64,000 nt of DNA from an uncultured delta proteobacterium (lineage in GTDB: Bacteria > Myxococcota_A > Polyangia > Fen-1088): the NCBI GenBank assembly GCA_963767925.1, contig CAVYGB010000010.1, positions 384,001 to 448,000 of the forward strand, read 5' to 3'. The stretch's first letter is position 1. Each line of letters starts with the position of its first letter. This document shows positions 59,501 through 64,000 of the stretch, in pieces. A program made the position numbers and the translations under genes. The notes beneath the pieces were generated by a model. It worked only from the letters and a program-made list of their open reading frames with translations. It had not been told where the DNA came from and made no database searches.

Positions 59501-60206
59501 CGTCTCGACCCCCACCAACTCCGACGGCAGCGAGCAGAAGAGCGAGGACAAGCAAGAGACCGAGGACAAGGGCGACACCTGCGAGTCACCGCAGCCCGCC
59601 GGAGGGGCCGACGGCTCGAGCCTGCTGGACGCGGTCCAGGTCGGCCTGGACATCGCCTCGCTGGCGCTGGACGCCACCGGCGTCGGCGCGTCGATAAGCT
59701 GGGCGCCGGATCTGGTCAACGCCGGCATCTCGCTGGGACGGGGAGACTGGGTGGGGGCGGGGCTCTCGATCGCGGCGGCCATCCCGATCGTGGGGGCGGC
59801 GGGGAACGCCGGGCGCCTGGGACGTACCGCCGCCAACGCGGCCGACGCCGCCCCGCCCGGCGCCTCGCGCCTGGGGCCGAACGAGCCCCCCCAGCGGTAC
59901 CAGGGACCGTGGACCGAAGACGATCTGGCCCGGGCCGAGAAGGGCCAGGGGCCGGTGGACATGGTCCCCGACACCGACAGCGCGGGCCGACAGCAACCCA
60001 TCCAGGTCCACCACGGCGATCAGATGCCCGGGTCGGGCGTGCACGAGGTGTCGCGCGTGGGACATCGAGAGACGGGCCTGCACCCCAACCCGGGTAACCA
60101 GGGCGTCACGAAGGCGATGCGTCGGTCGGATCGCGAGACCCACTGGAAATATCGAGGACAGGAGATGGGCAATCCCCCTACGATGAACCCGGACTGCAAG
60201 AAATGA
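53592..60206 (+). CDS. Secreted SpvB/FG-GAP/YD-Rhs polymorphic toxin with C-terminal LHH-type HNH nuclease
   Basis: AAGGAG RBS + GTG; signal/lipobox; G.FSYVVPL.TP.GR...P.LSL.YSS; DIDNDGRDD-type repeats; YD repeats; GFTGHEQD..RLYD..GRF.TPD..YALNNPL..DPTGF; IQVHHGDQ..HE..GH..LH..HWK. Confidence 0.92.
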   Translation: MNHSFAHGRIWQTTGFLIVSLAGCLLSCDDGPAGDRTAMDPGTDQVGRRPPGPSALPGLVDTGTDVGALPARYYVGASGDFSYVVPLWTPAGRNRVEPDLSLTYSSGGSESVLGQGWTVRGLGEIRRCSHVSSRLERPAPLRWDAEAHFCLNGTPLVLVAGANAEPGAEYRTEPDTFAKVTVLRADPLGPLEFEVRSREGRIHRYGSAADARVEGQKVTWSSDQAAPRSAAPTRTLQMVRLSWLHAATEDRHGNRFTVQYQHPAEAGQEGGFQEPLPTAIDYVFTAGAPTRRVLFSYLPRPEPTSLRREFVAGLEFRRTRLLEGIEMQAPGAGGVQTVRHYRFAYETSPATRRPLLRTIEECDGNPRGATRAVSCKRPTTFSYDPGSREFVERRLPAPDTRQPGLEKFWGFQTADIDNDGRDDLVYRAMPRGQRNPNWYYRRSTGTAFGAPVEMSVGDKGQLNDLVLVDLDQDGFIDAARADPATRTVRYFRNQAGTFQPFPESAPGAESASASLLTAVHIGDYSGKARLSILRPRNDGRWGYRALVAGQIGGVSDPLDLAFDPAGSPTVWNGYNVDLDNDGALELLSLPVAAPRNRLRALVQQDVPLSAPGGGDDAAHFSTQDTTLLTAAEGEQIRYYFADLNGDGLSDAIRLIQGGEAIETLLNSGAGFAPPVRHDELLGTSANLRVGPGAVRDDLADPGLQTLDFDGDGRRDIILFDNGAVRDRSLAGNTATRSNVTVLLSRGDRFEPLTTAIPIGAPADGKTALPGSGPLHDWKQSRLLDANGDGLLDLVQVDQDGTIRLALRQGKRADLLLAVKDGMGKRMDVTFAPLIDAETYQPGSGCVFPQHCARRGRWLVESYREDNGIGAAQNEQRFRYEDGRTDLEGGGFLGFGKTTRVDLASSTTTVETYDLAFKERVPPLHHGAAEPTIFSRRWVPQVRTVETNDRGTIRRNTSTSAGELVPTNGGATYYFRASSYRLVDEEVRAAGSKVLRTVERTLRYRPEENDYGLLASEETRTSSDAGELIEISSNTFDNLPGPWLVGLLRTNLQEGQANGKGERRTTTYQRSAVTGEVESFAVGEPDQDTYLATSFTRNGFGQVIATRYETRDAGDGSAHVREEAVGFDGDSVHPHTMTNSLGHVSTVVSNPVFGLPESLTHPGGAVTTYNYDRFGRRRRVNYPGGGGVSWSYSRDVEEGSRSSDERFVMKALEEIDGGGEYRSVHNRVNQVIRRETRNLGGKVSYSNAAYNDLGFLAAYTRRALVGSAPGPSTQIDYDELARVTARTRPEDGAGAGYGTAVASAGFEERTVTTTDDVGRTQRIVENEVGRVVRTELRNDAGQWVPTAFTYHPWGLVESVVRRDGAGQASQTVTAEYDSLGRRTKLVDPDAGTTAFAFNGFGDVREETDGNGRVSTYVRDALGRVTERRDPDGVTRFVFDSAEHGLGQLAESSSPTGVRRQFFYDRFGRMRAQTWTIGATDYRMEYTYDPHGRLETLSYPETRGGERLVVRQEYDPYSGQMFRVTDARTGRRFWEARDSAEDGQLSEELFGNDLTTRYGYSERTGRVASIRTGKAGQKDRLRDHSYDYWADGNLLRQSDHRTNQHERFEFDASNRVRRWVRAEADGREQAGGWKVDYGFDDFGNHTWRRFTPGKHSGGAVQDLRFEFEEGSDRLLAAPWGRFEYDGRGQQVRRPDGETIDYTMFGLPRRIDGPRAATFQYDANGQRVEKRHSDSDSTVYLPGFYEKRTAGADVQHVFYVQARSTIVAQVLRAEGSGEERTLFLHTDRLGSVDSVSDEAGKVVERSRRDPFGNRVDDFNRPALRGATGKRPAGPVRLGFTGHEQDDDLGLVNMGGRLYDARLGRFITPDPLIREALHGPSYNRYSYALNNPLRNVDPTGFSEVEVDAATAKELEQAGFQCTGSGSTVTCDDGGGVEEINIVEESECKPYYIECRDDDDNGRSDTSSAGGGGGDVSTPTNSDGSEQKSEDKQETEDKGDTCESPQPAGGADGSSLLDAVQVGLDIASLALDATGVGASISWAPDLVNAGISLGRGDWVGAGLSIAAAIPIVGAAGNAGRLGRTAANAADAAPPGASRLGPNEPPQRYQGPWTEDDLARAEKGQGPVDMVPDTDSAGRQQPIQVHHGDQMPGSGVHEVSRVGHRETGLHPNPGNQGVTKAMRRSDRETHWKYRGQEMGNPPTMNPDCKK

Positions 60207-61237
60207 CGGACGAGCCGATCCTGATCGAGGACCGTGGCCCCAACGGAAACGTGACCGCCTGGGTGCAGGACGACGGCCGGTCGGTCTACCTGCGCCTGGA
60301 AGGGGACGCGGGCACCGGGATCGATCAGCGGGCGGTCTGGGTCTGCAACCGCGTGCCCGCGCCCGAGGGGGAACCCGCCGGCGCCGACGCGGCGCTGATG
60401 CCCCGGGCGCACTGCCGGCACCCCGCCGGCGCCGGTCCCCTCGATCCCGGGTCGCTGCGCCTGGTGTGGCTGCCCGAAGGCGATGGCGTGGGGCTCTTCG
60501 AGGCCGGCGTGCTCCTGGCGGCGCTCGTGCCCTGGAGCGGAAGGAAGGGGTTTCCCGGGTACGCGCGGGAGGCGATCGGCCGCAGCGCCTGGGCCTGGGA
60601 TCTGAGCGCGGCGGAGGCCCTGCTCCGGCGGTTCGCCGACGCCGAGGCGTACTGGGCCGAGTGGGATCGCCCGGGGGGCCCGACCCACCCCTGGGGGCGG
60701 CTGCAGGAGGCCGAGTTGCAGGCCTACGAAAGATCGCTGGGGAAGCTCGGCCAGTACCTCGCCACCGACGGCGACACCTGGCCCCCACGCGCCGTCGCCT
60801 CGATCGAGCGGAGCGACGGCACCTTCCTCACGACGGTCGGGATGGCCCTGCGCCCGCAGCCGGCGGTCGAGAGAGTCACCGAGCGCCCCGAAGCCTTGCG
60901 CCGGATCGAGCTCGGCCTCGCCCTCCCGCCGGGCACCGATGCGATCACCGCGCGGCGCTGGGCGAGCTACCTGGGCGGGCAGAGCGCGCTCCCCTGGGCA
61001 CGCTACACCTGGCTGGGCCCCGGCCACACCCTCCCCTGCGACCTCGTCGCCAGCGAGGGCTTTCCCGCGCTGGGGCTGATCCCGGCGGCGGGCTCGACGC
61101 GGCCGTGCCCCCTGCCGGACGCCTGGGGCGATCCGGTCTCCCTGCTCTGGATGGTGCCGCTACGTCCGGCGGAGCTCGCCACCCTGCGCGCGCAGGGGCT
61201 GGCCAGCCTCCCCGCCCTGCCCCTCCCCCGGCGCTGA
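60203..61237 (+). CDS. Suppressor-of-fused (SUFU)-like immunity protein
   Basis: ATGA overlap with the toxin; TTVGMALRPQP..RRIEL..PW..TWLGPGHT..LLWMVPL..E. Confidence 0.85.
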   Translation: MTDEPILIEDRGPNGNVTAWVQDDGRSVYLRLEGDAGTGIDQRAVWVCNRVPAPEGEPAGADAALMPRAHCRHPAGAGPLDPGSLRLVWLPEGDGVGLFEAGVLLAALVPWSGRKGFPGYAREAIGRSAWAWDLSAAEALLRRFADAEAYWAEWDRPGGPTHPWGRLQEAELQAYERSLGKLGQYLATDGDTWPPRAVASIERSDGTFLTTVGMALRPQPAVERVTERPEALRRIELGLALPPGTDAITARRWASYLGGQSALPWARYTWLGPGHTLPCDLVASEGFPALGLIPAAGSTRPCPLPDAWGDPVSLLWMVPLRPAELATLRAQGLASLPALPLPRR

Positions 61238-61999
61238 GCCGGTGGCAGCCCGGCCGGGCTCCTTCGCGGTGCTGCGAAGCTTGCGGCTCTGCATCCAGCG
61301 CACGGCCAGGGCATCGCCGAGCGCGGTGAAGGTCCGTCCCAGGCCGGCGCCATAGCGGGACCTCCCCTGCTGGCGGGGCCGGTGCTCGACCGCGATCTCC
61401 CGGACCGTGCCGCCCTCGAGGCGGACCAGCGCCGCAAGGAAGCGATGATTGCCCCGAAACGCCGGGAGCTTGCGCAGGATGGGCGCCCGGAAGGCCTTGA
61501 GCCCGCAGCCGGCGTCGCGGGTGGGCTCGGCGAGGATGCCGGCTGCGATCCGGTTCGCGATCCGGGACGACACCCGGCGGATCCAGCCATCCCGGCGCTG
61601 GGCCCGGCGCCCCACCACCGCGGCGAGCGCCGGCTCGGCATCGAGCAACGCGAGCATGGGCCCGATGTCGGCCGGGTCGTTCTGGAGATCGGCGTCCATC
61701 AGCACGACGATCGCCCCGCGCGCCGCCTGGACGCCGGCGTGGAGGGCCGCCGACTGGCCCCCGTGCCCATCGAGCGCCAGCACCCGGAGACCGGGAACGA
61801 CCCGCCGCAGACCCTCCAGCCGGATCAACGTGCCGTCGGTCGACCCGTCGTCGACGCAGACGATCTCCCAGGCCCGGCCGAGCTGGTCGAGGGCGCGGGC
61901 CACCTCGGCCACCCAGGGCTCGATGCTGGCCTCCTCGTTGAAGGCCGGCGCGACGAGCGATACCAGACGCGCGTCGGAGGGGAGCGATGCCAGCGTCAT
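61160..61999 (-). CDS. GT2 polyprenol-phosphate glycosyltransferase (DPM1/ArnC-like)
   Basis: PAFNEE, VDDGSTDGT, GQSAAL, MDADLQNDP, DAGCGLKAFR, HRPR..G.SRYG. Confidence 0.92.
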   Translation of the reverse strand: MTLASLPSDARLVSLVAPAFNEEASIEPWVAEVARALDQLGRAWEIVCVDDGSTDGTLIRLEGLRRVVPGLRVLALDGHGGQSAALHAGVQAARGAIVVLMDADLQNDPADIGPMLALLDAEPALAAVVGRRAQRRDGWIRRVSSRIANRIAAGILAEPTRDAGCGLKAFRAPILRKLPAFRGNHRFLAALVRLEGGTVREIAVEHRPRQQGRSRYGAGLGRTFTALGDALAVRWMQSRKLRSTAKEPGRAATGSAPGEGQGGEAGQPLRAQGGELRRT

Positions 62000-62598
62000 C
62001 CTGATCCTTGCCCGGATCCCGACAGCGACGCTAACCCGCTTCGAACCCGCACGATACTGGGCGAGTGCCGTACTCCCGCGGGCGGCGCGCCCGCGTCGCG
62101 GGGCGCATCAGTCCAGGAGGTACCTTGTCGAGGTGAGCACAATGGCAAGGCGTACGGGCTGACCGTTCATCCTGGCGCGGAGCGGACCGAGGTCGAACCG
62201 AACGCCCTCGCGCCGAGGTTCTGGCCGCTTGGTTCGGGGGAGACCATCTGCGGGGCGGCCGACGGCTAAACGACACGGATCTCTTCGCGGTGATCGTCCC
62301 GGCCGGCGCGCCCCACCACCTGCGCTTCCGGCTGGAGGTGCGGGAAGTCGGGCTGACCAGGACCTATCCGTTCTGCAGCTCAACGTGCGGGTCGGCGAGG
62401 GAAACCCCACGCCTCCGAGCTTCCACCTGCAGGATCTGGCTCGGGCCAAGGTCCTGGAAGCTGGGCTCGACCTGCCCGCCGCCGCCGGCGACCGCACCGA
62501 GATCGTCCGGGTCGAAACCGGTGGGTTGGTGCCGGAGGACACCCGTTACGCCCTGACGTAACCTGGACTGACGCCGCCACCCGCCGGCCGCGAGAGGC

Positions 62599-63999
62599 TC
62601 AGCGGGCGCCGGTGAACAGGGCGGTGACGTCCTCCGACGTGAGGGCGCGCTGGGACCAGACGCGGAGGTCGTCGAGCTGGCCGACGAAGTGGTCGCGCCC
62701 GCTCAGGAAGTTGCCGATCGCCCCTTCGGTCGCCTGGCAGGCGCCCGAGACGGTGGCGGTGGTGACGGGGGCGGCGCCGTCCAGGTAGAGCGCCTGGGTC
62801 GTCCCGTCGTAGGTGTAGACCAGGTGGTGCCAGCCGGGCGGCGGCGCGGGGGTGGTGGCCAGGACCACGATCCGGCTGCCCCGCTGCCAGACGACGAGGT
62901 TCGGGCCCCGCGTGCCCACCTGCAGGCCGCACAGGTCCGTGCTGCTGGTCAGCGACAGCATGGTGCGGTTGCCCGACATCGGCTGGACGGCGTAGTTGAA
63001 CCACAGCGAGATGCTGAGGCTCTGATCCAGCGCCGGCAGGCGGCTGCCCAGCAGCTCCACCTGGTCCACCGTGCCGTTCAGGGTCAGCGAGAAGGGGTTG
63101 TCGAACCTGGCGGCCGGGAAGCCGCCCGCGGTCCAGGTCGGCGCGCCCGCCACGGCGCCCAGGTTGTCCGACCCCGACAGATCGCCGATGATCGTGCCCA
63201 TCCCCTCGTCGAGCGGCCAGTAGGCGATCAGCTTCTCCGCCAGCGGCCCCATGACGCCGGGGACGCCCGGGCGGCGCAAGCCCACCTCTACCGACGGGGT
63301 CTGCGCGGGCTCCTCGCCCTGGACCAGCACCGCGATCTCCGCGTCGGTGAGCACCCGATCGTAGATGCGGAGGTCGTCGAGGCTGCCCAGGAACGCCTCC
63401 CGCCCGCCGGGGGCGCTGCCGGCGACGGCCTCGCTCGTCGCGCAGGGGGGCACCGCCGTGGAGGTCGACGGCGCGATCAAGCCGTCCAGGATGATCCGGT
63501 GATCGGTGCCATCGTGGGTGTAGACCAGGTGGTGCCAGCCCGCCCGCGGCGTCGTCCGGGACACCAGCTCGGTGGCGCCGCTGCTGACCGCCAGGCGTCC
63601 CGCGCGGACCCCGAGCTGGAGGCCGCAGCCGGAGCTGCCGCCCAGCGAGAGCAGCTGGACCGCGCCGGTCGGCGGCACGACGTAGCTGAACCAGAGCGAG
63701 ATGGTCTTGGGCGACTCGGCCGCGGGGAGGCCACGCGCCCGCAACACCACCCGGCCGTCCACCCCGTCGAGCAGCAGGGATCCCGGGTTGGCGAACCGCG
63801 CCTGCGGAAAGCCGCCGCCCCCCAGCAGGGCCCCGCCGGTCAGGTCTCCGGCGTTGCGGGCGGGGGACGAATCGGCCGCCACCGCGCCGCCGACCTCGTC
63901 GAAGCGCCAGTACCCGACCAGACCGGGGTGGCTGACCGGCGTCCCCTCGGGGGTCGGACCGGCCGGCTCGGACCCGCTCGATTCGCAGCTCAGGGTGGC
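62599..63999 (-). CDS. Protein with tandem LamG domains (5' end outside window)
   Basis: Two LamG units: LVGYWRFDE/LIAYWPLDE...WHHLVYT.DG...G.LDDLR; frame open to window end. Confidence 0.85.
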   Translation of the reverse strand, partial: ATLSCESSGSEPAGPTPEGTPVSHPGLVGYWRFDEVGGAVAADSSPARNAGDLTGGALLGGGGFPQARFANPGSLLLDGVDGRVVLRARGLPAAESPKTISLWFSYVVPPTGAVQLLSLGGSSGCGLQLGVRAGRLAVSSGATELVSRTTPRAGWHHLVYTHDGTDHRIILDGLIAPSTSTAVPPCATSEAVAGSAPGGREAFLGSLDDLRIYDRVLTDAEIAVLVQGEEPAQTPSVEVGLRRPGVPGVMGPLAEKLIAYWPLDEGMGTIIGDLSGSDNLGAVAGAPTWTAGGFPAARFDNPFSLTLNGTVDQVELLGSRLPALDQSLSISLWFNYAVQPMSGNRTMLSLTSSTDLCGLQVGTRGPNLVVWQRGSRIVVLATTPAPPPGWHHLVYTYDGTTQALYLDGAAPVTTATVSGACQATEGAIGNFLSGRDHFVGQLDDLRVWSQRALTSEDVTALFTGAR

Positions 64000-64000
64000 C

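Noticed and set aside
62000..62598. Short overlapping ORFs between GT2 and the LamG gene
   Set aside because: No consistent frame or motif; possibly decayed sequence

Overview
Very GC-rich bacterial DNA, Myxococcota-like by gene content (inference). About 50 genes; no rRNA, tRNA, CRISPR array or transposase recognised. Main blocks: (1) 0.6-14.5 kb, a redox/lipid locus: LodA/GoxA-type CTQ oxidase fused to vWA, its LodB flavoprotein, a membrane patatin-like lipase, a catalase-fold protein, an ECF sigma factor, a membrane protein with duplicated domains coupled to a DyP peroxidase, a LuxR regulator and an HEXXH peptidase. This is the best candidate for an undescribed system. (2) Secreted hydrolases and housekeeping genes (LamG, GH28, serine hydrolase, ATE/Bpt, S41, Lrp, cupin). 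(3) A DrrAB-like ABC pair broken by many +1 insertions, probably sequencing error. (4) A four-lipoprotein operon with a 12 x 9-aa repeat protein. (5) A lipoprotein with two truncated globins plus a DUF4394-like domain. (6) A urate/allantoin catabolic operon ending in a citrate-lyase/malate-synthase-like gene, with no ureidoglycolate lyase. (7) Class II UvrA, SRPBCC, ArsR remnant and a collapsed alpha-2-macroglobulin. (8) A secreted SpvB/FG-GAP/Rhs toxin with an LHH-type nuclease tip and SUFU immunity, lying between GT2 and GT-C glycosyltransferases. All assignments come from motif recognition by eye; no searches were run.
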